A stretch of DNA of 20,000 nt, taken from the NCBI GenBank assembly GCA_905331295.1, contig CAJNYD010000019.1, forward strand, positions 107,190 through 127,189, in the 5' to 3' direction. A model generated the notes under the pieces. The model ran no database searches and was not told where the DNA came from. It was given only the letters and a program-made list of their open reading frames with translations. Positions 1-11,816 of the stretch are shown here, piece by piece. This DNA comes from Rotaria socialis (taxonomy: Eukaryota). A program made the translations under genes and the position numbers. The stretch's first letter is position 1. Each line of letters begins with the position of its first letter.

Positions 1-1337
1 TTTAACACACTATGATAATCAAGGATGTGGTCTGTATTTCATCGTTTTTGTTCTGTTTTACTCTTTAATATAAACTTCTTCTTTTAGTTTCTGATCCTTC
101 ACATGGTGATAGATGTAGTCCACCAGTCATAAACTGTCTTCCTAATTTTATGTAGTTCGTATATGTACATGTAATGAAATAACGCAAATTTATAACGGAT
201 CATATTGTGTCACGCAAAATTCATTCAATGGTTCTTGTACAGAAGCATGCAACTGTTTAAATACGTCGAATTTATATTGCGCTTCGTACGTATTTTTAAA
301 GTAGATCTCATTCATAAGTGAACATTTTTATACTGATTAGGAATCAATGTGAATGTGAAACAATTAATTATTGGAATCGAACTACTTGTGGTAGGAAATT
401 GTATTGCTTTTCTTATTACTGAAAGATTTTTGTTCGCTATATTAGTATCAAAAGAGCTCGGCTGGCAAACATGTAATAATATAACATGGGGTGGTGATTG
501 TAGGCCAAATTGGTTTTATGATGGTTTAGAATGTAGTATGTATTTATGTTCATATATATCTATATTTGTATAAAATAACTATTATTTTCTTCATTTAATA
601 TAGTTCAGCGAAAAAGTATTAATGGAACGTGTCTTGATACTTATGCATATGATTGCAACACACTACTTGTCTGTTTTTCCGGTCTTTGCTTATGGTTTGT
701 ATTTTGGTTTTTCAATGTAAACTAAAAGCAGCACTGATATATATATAGTTCGAATTTTGAGCACATCCTTTTGATTTCCTCCCCTTTGATGTGACACTCT
801 TCTGAGGAGCGTCTCAGCATAGATATGGCAAATACACTATTTATGGATGGATGATCAAGGACGTGACAGGCAAGCTTAACAATAGTTCATTATAGATATC
901 GTTGTAACAACACATAAAAGACGTCACCGCTATCTTTAGAAACGCCCATGTTCCCTCTGTTGTAGATCGTGATAAATCTTGTCGGTAAACTACTTGAGAT
1001 CTTATAAAAAAAACAAAAACTCCCGCGCTATTACATGAATTATTTCCTCGTTTAATTTTAAAAGAAAAAATTCAAACATTGACGAAAAAATGCATCCCAA
1101 AATAGATAGTATTAAAATAGTTCCCTGTTGTTAGCAATAGTTACTACATCATGCTTCATATATTATTCCCGTAAAGGTCATGCTATCAGCATTTCCTTGT
1201 CATTTTTCATATTTTTCACATTTATTAGTTGTAGCTTTTGCTTTTCTAGTCCAACACCAACAACATGGTCTGGTTCCAATTGTATTTGTTCAACTGGTCA
1301 GACTTGGACTCGTAATACTTATGTTGCCATTGGATAA
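1..1337 (+). CDS. 3' portion of a Cys-rich repeat (EB-module/EGF-like) extracellular protein, 5'-partial, with an apparent frameshift/stop at ~150-157
   Basis: Hand-spliced exons <1-29, 88-285, 341-390, 446-535, 604-694 and 1250-1337, all with GT..AG introns in matching phase. Translation: ...HYDNQGCVSDPSHGDRCSPPVINCLPNF / RICTCNEITQIYNGSYCVTQNSFNGSCTEACNCLNTSNLYCASNQCECETINYWNRTTCVSKELGWQTC...WFYDGLECIQRKSINGTCLDTYAYDCNTLLVCFSGLCLCPTPTTWSGSNCICSTGQTWTRNTYVAIG*. It shows a repeating CxC-x(5-6)-[YW]N-x3-CV pattern. The domain name is inferred. Confidence 0.7.
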
Positions 1338-1693
1338 TGATAATGAACATAGAAAACAGTACTCCTTATTTTAACATCAAAGACTACGTAGGGATAAAAT
1401 CTATTGTTGTTTTTTATAGTTTTGTATGAAAATTTCGATAATATTGCGTTTCAATATTTTCTCTGTACACTTCAATTAAATGATTTATGCACAAATATAT
1501 GTACACATATTTCACCTAAAATCGAACAATAAAAAACTGATGCAAATTGTTAAATAGTTTAATCCAAGGAAAAAGAACATGAAGATTTTGATGAGTCGTT
1601 GTCAATTTTTGTTCTTGTCATCAATATCATTGAGTGGCTAAAGTAGCTGTCAAATGCATGAGAGCGACAACAACAGAAGTGACGTCTTTGCTA

Positions 1694-1714
1694 CTTCTTC
1701 TTCTTCTTCTTCTT
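1694..1714 (+). repeat. (CTT)n microsatellite
   Basis: Seven tandem CTT units, seen directly. Confidence 0.85.
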
Positions 1715-3545
1715 CTTTTCTTTCCTTTTTTCAGACTCGTGGTTATTTTTATTTTTTTTTATTTTTTTTTCTGTTTTTATTATAGTCAGCGATGTTTCTT
1801 TGGCACAGGGAATGACATGATCGTTCTATAATGTGCTGTTCAGAGAACGCACTTTGGAAAGAAGCAAAAAGAATGAAAGACAAGCATCGTGTTCTTCTTT
1901 CTTATTTTTATGTGTAGACATGTGTCTAACTAAAACTGAGGGTGAAAAGCGAGATACTGAAAACTCACCGGCGGCAGCATCAACTGGCTATTAACCGTCG
2001 TTGTTGATGAGCAACGAGCCAGTGAGTGTGTGGTAAAGACGTAAGACAAGGGAGGAAAAAATTCAGTAGATGAGTATCTGGCGATGCCATTGATGATGGA
2101 TTCGAGTATTGACAGCTTAATTGTATAGAACAATCTTCACTAGACAGACCAAACATTAAGAAGACGTCTAAGTTGTCTTTTCTTTGTTCTGATTCAATAG
2201 AGATACATATACAGATAAAGAGAAAGAATAAAACAGAAATATACATGGAAAAACGCATAGATATTGTTTATTGTTCTTAGCCATTGTTTTATCCTATCAT
2301 ACATATATATATATTTTTTACACCGCTGACATTATTCGTGGTAAGAAAAGCAATACGAAGAAACAAAAGAGACAAATAATTTCGAACAAATTAAATTTAC
2401 TCAATAAAGCTAGAAAAATTAGACGCATAAAATAATTAGAATCAGACACACACACATACAATCGCTATATTGTATACAATGATATATTGCTAGTCAATTG
2501 TCACAAAAGCTTTTAGAGCTCACGTATTATAAAGAGCAAATAGAGCAAAAGTTCCTTCATTGTTGATAGAATTGATAAATTGTGTGCCAGAAAGAATCAA
2601 GCATTAGCAGACTGACTATCATACGCCTCTAACTCATATATTGCTCATTCATGAGTAATTCAAAATTGTGCTTTTCTTGTTCAATTACTATATATATATA
2701 TATTCCCTCATTTTGTACTATTTGACGACGACAACTCTATCCATCTTACTCTTTATAAGATAGTTTCTGTCTATGTTTCTACATACCATTGCAAATGATC
2801 TACGAATTTTCTCGTACTATTCGATGCGCTAGAATGGCCTTGATCGAATCAAACTTCTATTATTGCAGTTAGCAACTTTTTCCCCTTTTCTGTTTCTTTC
2901 TATCACTAATTCTTGACAATTACATATGTGTTCCCGTTGTTTTCTTCTGTATTTCACTCTCCATTACTCATAATGACTATTGATCAGCCGAAATACTCAG
3001 TAAGGAGTACTACAAGAATTAATCTATCACCGTCCGCTTTTGCTATCTAATCTTCTGGAACTAACGTCTGGTTGAACTGTTCTAGCTCATTTGTGAATAT
3101 TAGTACCATAGAACATACATATATATATATAAAGAGAATAACGAACAATAATGATGATCTGAAATACGTGCTCACTATGTTCTAGATTTGTGCTGATAAG
3201 AATGGGGACACAACGACGATGTTGAGCTGTCAAAAACAGGAAACATGTCTATCAGTTTGTCTTCCATCAAGCCAATTTATTATGGTCGCTGTTGTATATC
3301 GTTGAACGGCACCCTTAAATTTCTTCAAGGTGAGTAAATAAAATATGTAATTTCTGTTATTATGACTCAGAAAAAGAAAAGAAGATGAAGAGAATTTTAC
3401 GTTTCAATAATTAATTTAAAAAAATGAAACCTCGTTGAGATTTGAGTGTTTTTTCTGTTAGCTTGAGGAATCTCCTCGCAACGATGTTATTGATATCTCT
3501 TTTTTTTTTGTTCTTTGAAATAGGAATTTTTCAAGCATTATGTAG

Positions 3546-6500
3546 ATGACTGAACGTCTATATCAAATGGTAAATCGAGGTTGTTTTTCTCTTCTTTATA
3601 TTCATCAGTCTTTTTTTTTTATCTATGACAATTTTTTTCCTCTCTCGTCCATGTTGATTATCATTATTTGTAAATGGAGATTAGTCGAAGAACATGCACC
3701 CGAGTTGTTAACAAAAAACAAAAACGAAGAAAAACCTATCGTGATATGTTTAAATAGTGAAAGGCATGTTTTTATGAAAAAAAAAAGTAATAAAATAGTG
3801 TACGCTCCCGTTTTCTTCCCAGGAACAAAAGACGTCAACAAAGTTATTTCCACGGCGTATATATAATCATTTCTTTATTTGACTAAACCGAGTAGAAAGC
3901 TAGAATGTTTTTCAATCTAGGAAATAATGCAACCGGACACTCGATGGGCTCAATCCGTCGTGTCTGACTTAGTTACTACCCCGCTGGATGCTAATCATCA
4001 TACATACGATATCGAAAAAAAACAATTATCTACTGCTTCTATACCTTCGTCAACATCGCAACCACAATTAGTAACAACAACAAGTTTTTTTCCACCACAA
4101 CGTGTCGAACCAATTGATATGCCACGTTCACAACAAACAGCAACACAACATCGTACTAAAACAGGTTATACTCAATCAGCAACAACCGATGAACAACTAA
4201 CAACAGCAATTTATTACCAACAAAATAGACCTATGAAACGTATTATACATCCTGCTGATCGTTCATCAGTTATTGCCATTTTACAAGCTATGTCAACTAT
4301 TATATTCGCAATCTTTATTTCGTTTCCATGCATCATATTATTAGCACTTCTATTACCAATATGTTGGCTCGTACGAACAAGTGCACGATTAATCTGTCGA
4401 CATCAATGTACTGTAACGCCATGTGCTTGTAATTATCTATCTTCAAGTGATCTATTCTGGTTTTATAATAGTAATACATCAACAAATCAAACTAAAACCG
4501 ATGATGAAACAAATAAACTAAACTCTCAAACTATATCACCAATAGGAGCAGCTATTTTTTTTCTTGAAGGTAAATTGCAAAAGAAAAAGAGAAAGAAAAT
4601 TTGATTCATAAAAACAAATTACACTCTATCTAGGAACAGTAAATGAAAATTCATTAAAAAAACTATTAGTTCATCGTCTTATAACAGCGAGTATTCGACG
4701 TGGTTCAAATATGGGACGAAAATTATTTCCACGATTTTCTCAATTAGTTATTTCCCGTTTTTCTGGTAGAATGTGGAGTGATTATTCACAATTTTCTATT
4801 GATGAACATGTACATGAAATACCACATAATATTCAATCGGATGAAGAAATTCAAACATATCTATCAACATTATTATCAACAGAATTACCACTTAATCGTC
4901 CTCTCTGGCGATTATATTATAAAAATCGTCTTACACTACGTCCAAATGATAGTATACTCATTTTTTTATATCACCCTGTTTTATCTGATGGAATATCCTT
5001 ATTACGTATTTTATTAAAACATGCTGTTGATAATCGTACAACACAATTAGATATAAAACCACGTTTTGCTGGTAGAAATCGTGAAAATATGATATTTGAT
5101 TATATAAAAGCATATCTATTTGGACATAAACTTATATTCAGTAAATTATTATCCCGTCTATCGAAAGAAAATTTTTTTAAGCGAACGCTAAATAAAAATG
5201 ATAATATATCAACGAGGAATTCTCAATCACAACAACAACCACGAAGAGTTGTTGTGTGGTCAGCTCCGTTTAGTTTGACACAAGTGAATCGAATGAAATT
5301 GGTTACGAGAACACGTTTAAATACACTTCTTTCAACAATAGTTATTTCTACTGTGAAATTATACATGGAAAAATATGGGTAAATTTTGTTTATTTCTAAT
5401 GAATAGACATTTAAAAGAAAAAAACTCGACATTTTTCAGTTGAACGAAATAAAAACTAATTGCTTTTTTTGTATAGTTTAACTCGCAGGAAATCCTATTT
5501 AGAGATACCGTTGTTTTTTTTTTACTTCATTGAGCTTTTATCTTTTCATTTTTTTTCTTTCTTCTATTATCATTTCATAGTTTATCAAATCCGCCAAATA
5601 TGAACTGCGTAATGCCTTGTGATCTTCGATCTAATACGGCCAATATAGTTATGGGAAATCAATTATCACATCTATGCATCGAGTTGCCTATGGATATTGA
5701 AGGTAACATTCCACTCCTATGGTCATTTAATGATAGTGCTAAGCGCTTCAAAGAAAATCGAGATTATGCAACTATGCATTTATTCACACATATCACTTAT
5801 CTTCTATTTCCATATTGCTTGGGTATGTTTACATTATAAAAATAAATATGCATTTCAATAGGAGACATTCGTTATTTTTTAGCTAATAGAATAATATCTC
5901 GTATTTACAATAGTGCTAGTTTATGGTTAACATCAATCGCTGTCGGGAATAGTGCAGCACTAGCAACAATATCAGTATGCAATCGTGATGTACGAAATTT
6001 AATATGTTTTAGTCCAAGTATTGGTACAGCTAATATTAATTTTTGTATTACAACATATGCTGATGATATTCGTCTTGCTGTTATTGCGGATCCAAATATT
6101 GTACCTAATCCAAATTATTTTACTGAATGTTTTATTCAACAAGTAAAAGAAAATTAAACAGAAAATCTTTCATTTTCGATGTATTTATCTGATATCATCT
6201 GTGTAGTTAACTGTTGTCCAAGATCTTCTTGCTCATCGACGAATTCCAGGTGAAATTCGTCGAATAACTCGACCACCAAGAATACAACCACAAAAGCAAA
6301 GTATCAGTAGTATATCTGATATGCCTGATGATTTATCCATAGAAGAAGTAAGAAAAATAGATAGTATTTTTGTATTTAAAAAAATAATAACCTTGCTATG
6401 ATTATCTCACTTGTTTAGATTCAAGCAAAAATGGCAACATTACAACAGGAATTACTCTCATTGAAAAGTCAATTCGAAAATGTTGATATGACTGATCCAT

Positions 6501-6854
6501 CATGTCAATCTCAACGTTTAATAATAACAACAAAATTAGAAGAATTAAGACGAGAATTTCGTGAGTTACTTATTAAATTACAGGAACGTCAATGTGAACT
6601 ATCGGGTATGATACCAAGCGATGAAGAAGACGAAATGGATCCACATGTTCGCGTACGTTTACGATCGGCAAGTGTTGCATCAAGAATTTCTCTAAAATCA
6701 AACGATCAAAGACAAATATCAACAAAGTAAAATGTATACAATAAATTATTTTATTTCATATCTTTTTCCATTCTTCAGAATGTACCAATTAGAACGAGAT
6801 GACGGAACTGAGCTTACTGCCACTGTTATTCAAAAAGCTCCTAACCATCAATAA
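3546..6854 (+). CDS. Wax ester synthase/diacylglycerol acyltransferase (WS/DGAT)-family-like protein, ~814 aa, with an N-terminal TM segment and a C-terminal coiled-coil extension
   Basis: Exons 3546-3569, 3921-4569, 4634-5378, 5581-5822, 5883-6142, 6207-6347, 6419-6726 and 6779-6854, with phase-consistent GT-AG introns. Family-type motifs: FPRF; LPLNRPLW; YHPVLSDG (HHxxxDG position); MPCDLR..MGNQLS...LP; and ITTYADDIRLAVIADPNIVPNP..F (WS/DGAT C-terminal domain). Hydrophobic stretch: VIAILQAMSTIIFAIFISFPCIILLALLLPICWLV. The start exon and last exon are less certain (alternative ATG at 3927; possible extension to 7114). Confidence 0.8.
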
Positions 6855-8689
6855 TGAGTTTAACAGTACAGCAAATAGTAAGAAATTTCTTTTTTCTTTA
6901 CGCTTACTTTTTTTTACCATAATAATTATAATCATAGGATCGACAAGTTGGCATGCGTCGTGCGCAGTCAGTAAGTATTTGTGACAATACTCAGAAAGAT
7001 ACACAATCACGAATATCATTGAATCGTCCACCACCAATAACAGCAACCATATCTCCCAGAACACTAGAGATAACAACGAATACTAATTTTCATCTAGATT
7101 CGAATGAAAGTTAGAAGAATGGAAACTAATGTATGGATATATATATATATATGTTTTCATTCTTGCTCAATTTATTTTTACTTTCATGTACATATAAATA
7201 AACCGATTGACTGTAAACAGTTAGGTTTTTATTTTGCAGTGCATCTGATTGTTTTTTTTCTTCTTGTTGTCTCGTTCTGCTTATTTTTTTTTGTTTTCCC
7301 GTTATAATTTATCGTTTTATTTACGCTAATTAATAAAAAGAAAAAACAAACCGGAAGCAAGAAAATATAATTAGACGCATGAATCTTGGGCAGGATTATA
7401 CAGCTGACATATTACGATAGATACGCAGCAATGAAAAATATGTAGCGATTGCGTGCCTCTCATAATACGTATTTTTTGTTTCAGTTGATTGAATACTTTT
7501 AGGAAAGCATGAAAAACTTATTAAGCATCGTCCTTTTTTACTCATTTCAGCAAGGAAACAATTTTCATAGCTATTTTGATGTAAAATTCATAAGCTATAA
7601 AATGTTGTTGAAATAACTAGCAACATAATAAGCCTGATTATGACTTATTTGCTTGAAAGAGGATGTAAGAGAAAATACTTCGTAAAAGAAAGTATGCATA
7701 CCGTGAGAGATAATCCAAATTTTCATAGTAGTTTGTATTGAAAATCAAACAGAATAATTGCTGAATCTTACTGGAATCCAGATTGTTTCCTCTGTTCTTT
7801 ATACTAAAAAAATTCTATGTCGCCATCGATCAGCTGATCGAAATCAGGAAAGAAAAACAATAATCAGTGGTAATTGTAAAATTCATTATTTGAAGTATAT
7901 TTAAAGACAGTATTGTTTTTCATGAGTACTTTCGATTTATTGTTCAGTTTTCATTTTGATTCGTTCTAGTGAATTGAAAATAAGATCTAAAATTTGTTGC
8001 TATCTTTATTTTTTCATGCATAACTTCCTGTAAGACAATATGGCCTTTTATTCAAGATCGCAGATAGGGCATTATCAATGCAATCATGATGTTTTCATTT
8101 GACTGTTGAGTAACTAGGATGTGAGTTCTCTATTTCCGTAATTATCGTGTTAGGAAATATGAACTTTTGATGCATATATCCTGATGATAAAGTAGTTTTC
8201 TGAAGGATCATTAAAATGCTGAACTTCGCACTGGATTGGTAACTTCAGAAAAATGTATTGTTATTATTTTGCATTCTTAATCAAGATCACATCGGATAAG
8301 TATGGCTATTGGAAACAAAGCACCAATCAGTCCTTGTTTATACGTCTTATAATAAGAATGTATTTTAGAAATACCAAATCGTATAGAAATAATCTCTTCC
8401 ATAAAAATATATTATTCCGGTACGTTTTGTAGTATCTATCACGTGTTACTCCCTCTTTGTTTCCAGAATATAATAAAGCCTACTTGTAATGCATTGTCGT
8501 AAATCATTTCATTTGTCAACTGATACCAAGGATTAACAAACAATTTTGTATCTATTGATTCATTAGATGTGATGTTACATATCATTGAATTGTGAAAAAT
8601 AATCGATATTAATATAATTTTCTATGAGATAAAAGCTCAAGAAGAAAAAAACTATTTTCTAAGTGATACCTAAATTAATAATACAAAGG

Positions 8690-9748
8690 ATGATACTATC
8701 AATAAATATAGTGATTCTCTGCTTAGTAACATGTTTTAGTTATGTTAATGGTGAAGACAAGAGTGAATTTATTATTGATCTAACTCTGCTAATTAATTCA
8801 CCTGGAAGTATTCGTCATCCTGAGAACTTTGAAAAAGCCAAACAAGCATTACACAATAGTGTCAATTGGCTTAACGTTGGTGTTTTAAAAAAGCTGGTGT
8901 AGCTCTTATAAATTTTGCATTAAATGTATCACTTGTTGATGCTCAAAGTAGAGTATTTGAATTTCAAAAAAAACAGTCCTAGTCAACAATATTGCTGCAC
9001 TTTAACGAATTTGTGTAGGAAAAGCTACTGGAAAAGCTTTAATTTTGGCTAAGAAATATGGCGAAATAAATTGTTGAGCTTTAAGTGAAAGAGTTCCACG
9101 TGTTTTTGTTATATTCACTGATGGTCATAGTAATACAGGTCCAGCAGGAATGCCTGCTACTCAAGCACTACGTGATACACTAATTGAAGGCAGTGCTTTT
9201 GCTACAGGTATAGGAAACATTGGTCAACAAGGTGAACAAGAATTAACTGCCATTGCTGGTATTACCGGCAATGTTTTGAGCATTGCTTCTTACAGTGATT
9301 TGATTTGTGCAGCGAATGCTATTGCAATACAAATATGTGATTATCCAGCTTCTATCGAACCTAATGTAAGAACTCAAGTTGAAGTAACAGGAAATATAAC
9401 TCAATATTATAAAATACACACATCAAACAAAGTGGCTAAAAATACGTTTTTTGAAATCGAGATAAATGATATAGAAGGACAAGTAAGTTTATCAATAACT
9501 ATTCGTTTAGAAGAGAGAAAAAAAGAAATTTTTTTTTTAAATTTTAGTCTATTGTACATACGTCGAGAACCGATGGAAAACCAAAATCATTTGCATCAAA
9601 AAGTAATAGTAAACGAACTGTAAGAAGCAACGTCTACACAACATGCGTACCAGCAGATCCACAACATGCCTATTTCAGTGTTCAAATCGTTAAATCAAAA
9701 ATGTGCAAATCGAATTTTATTGTCCGTGTAAATTCGTTTGATTCTTAA
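8690..9748 (+). pseudogene. Secreted von Willebrand factor A (VWA) domain protein pseudogene
   Basis: Signal peptide MILSINIVILCLVTCFSYVNG. VWA motifs: DLTLLINSPGSI (eroded DxSxS), VALINF, TGKAL, PRVFVIFTDG, FATGIG and ELTAIA. Lesions: frameshifts in A-runs at ~8885-8893 and ~8966-8974, and in-frame stops TAA 9003-9005 and TGA 9075-9077. One intron at 9483-9547; the last exon 9548-9748 is open. Confidence 0.85.
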
Positions 9749-10302
9749 AACAGTACATTTAGTTCATAGAATTAATTAAAAGAATAATTCTCCGATGATA
9801 TTCGAGGACCTATTAAGTACTATTGTAGAAAGAAGGGAAAAAGAATTCAAAATTTTATTATGTTAAAAACGACAAGTGTTTATTATCATGTCAATGGAAA
9901 CGTATGCGTCATATAACTCATTGAATGTAGTAATGAAATCAATTATGGAAATTGAATATTGCAAAAGCATCTAGAAATAGAAGATACGCAAAGCTTAGTT
10001 CTCTTTTTTTTTCGTATTCATTTGTTGTCTGTTAATCCGACCAAAATAAATCACTTGTTTTTGTTATTTCTTTTAGACAATTTTACTGCAAAATAAATAA
10101 TAGTAAAAAGAGAACTAACATTGCGTGTACTCTTTAACGTGTTCTACTTCTATTACTTTCTTCTTAGGTTCGCTTAGTGGTAAGGATACATGTTTCGAAG
10201 AAAGATCAATTGTATGACTCTCCCTATCAGAAATACAACAATTTCGTAATGGTTCCGACCAAATGAACCGTTAAAAATGATCTTCTTACTTACTTATACG
10301 AG

Positions 10303-10745
10303 TAGAGGTGTAAGCCGAGCGGCTGAGCCGCCACCGCCAATGTTTAGCGAAAAAATCCAGCTGCCACCGATGAATCAAAAGAATTTTTAATCTTCGCACC
10401 GTCGTTGCCATCAGACCAAAACAGTTCTTAATTTTTAAGCCGCCGCCGCCGTCATATAAGCAGAAATACTAAATTTTTGAATATGTTCGATACTCAGAAA
10501 CAGTATTTTGGATTCTTCTGATCTAACTGTTAATAAGAACGTTCTATATTATCATTTTCCCCTTTTTTGTTACATACTTCTCAAAACTACGAAATTTTTT
10601 TAAAATAGCATCTAAAAATTTTGATTCGCCGCCGCCGGTGAACCAAAAAAAAATTTATTTTTGAGCTGTCGCCGTCGCCAATGGGCGAAAAATTTTTAAA
10701 TTGTTGAGTCGTCGCCACTAACCGAGGCGTTGGCTTACACTTCTA
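10303..10745. mobile_element. Non-autonomous hAT-type DNA transposon (MITE), 443 bp
   Basis: 14-bp TIRs TAGAGGTGTAAGCC (10303-10316) and GGCTTACACTTCTA (10732-10745), with 1 mismatch. Perfect 8-bp TSD TATACGAG at 10295-10302 and 10746-10753. Internal reiterated GCCGCCGCC/GTCGCC motifs. An 8-bp TSD with short TA-starting TIRs is typical of hAT. Confidence 0.92.
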
Positions 10746-11816
10746 TATACGAGTGCTCTAGAAAAAGCTAATATTAGAAATTGATTTTTACAAATTTCAA
10801 CTTGAAGATTTATTTCCTAAAATCATATTCAATCACAAAAAAAAACAATTACTTACATAAATCAATTATCGGATATATTGCTTAAATTTTCAGTTGAACT
10901 TTTGCATTGAAGCAGACAGCGGTTTGTGTGTTGAGTTTCTTGCAGAAATCTCATTGTCGATGTCAGTTTAGGATTGTGGCATAGGAATTTTATTGTCATG
11001 TTAGGTTCTCTTTGTATTGGCTTGATAATATACTAATTCGAAACATAGAAAGAAGCAATATTAAGTTAATTACTGTCTTATACTGATGATCGTTAAAAGT
11101 TTTTTTCACCAAATGAGACATGTATGTGCTATATTTGAAAGTACAGTTCTTTTTGTTCTTACTATTAATAATTGTTTTTTTTTACGGCCGGAGAATCTAT
11201 TCTGTTTTATGAAGAAGTAAGCAATAATTGGAAAAGATTAATATTCGAAACGAGAAACTTTAACGCCATAATTCTACAATAATACTCTACATGTCATTTT
11301 ACAATTTTTAGAATTCATCAAATTCTAAGATCTAGATAATAATCGTTCTCATCGGCAAACAATTCTATTAAGTTAAACTCTACTATTCATCGGCTACGGA
11401 TTACTGAATCTGATTCTTCTAAGTTTTGATTCTATGCCTTTGTTTCATCGAAATTTTATGAAGACAATGAAATTTAAAAAAATCATTTCTATTTGCAGTC
11501 GATCTAAACTACAATAAGTCCATCTATAATGAATAGAAATTAGTATCAATGGGAATTTTCTTTAACTATATTTCTATATAAAAAACAATTTCGTAGTCTT
11601 ATTTTTATATACTGATTCGCAAAATTTATATCATTCGATCGAAGAAATAAATCTCTAAAAAAATGAATCAATGAATATACTCTTGTCAAGGTTGTTTCTT
11701 CTCTTGTCACGCTTATTATTGAAAGAAATATATCATGCGCAAATGAAAAATTAATATATGTAATAACCTTGCATATATTTATAGGTCATTTGCAAGAAGA
11801 AGTTACATATGTTTAG

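Noticed and set aside
748..1077. Possible transposon relic in the 555-bp intron of the Cys-rich gene
   Set aside because: Only a weak 11-bp imperfect inverted repeat in AT-rich DNA and no TSD, so it cannot be supported.
1180..2258. Short ORFs 1180-1374, 1634-1831, 1930-2133 and 1980-2258
   Set aside because: Low-complexity or AT-run-derived translations with no recognisable motifs.
3546..6854. Horizontal (bacterial) origin of the WS/DGAT-like gene
   Set aside because: The family also occurs in invertebrates, and the gene has multiple introns and host-like composition. A phylogeny would be required.
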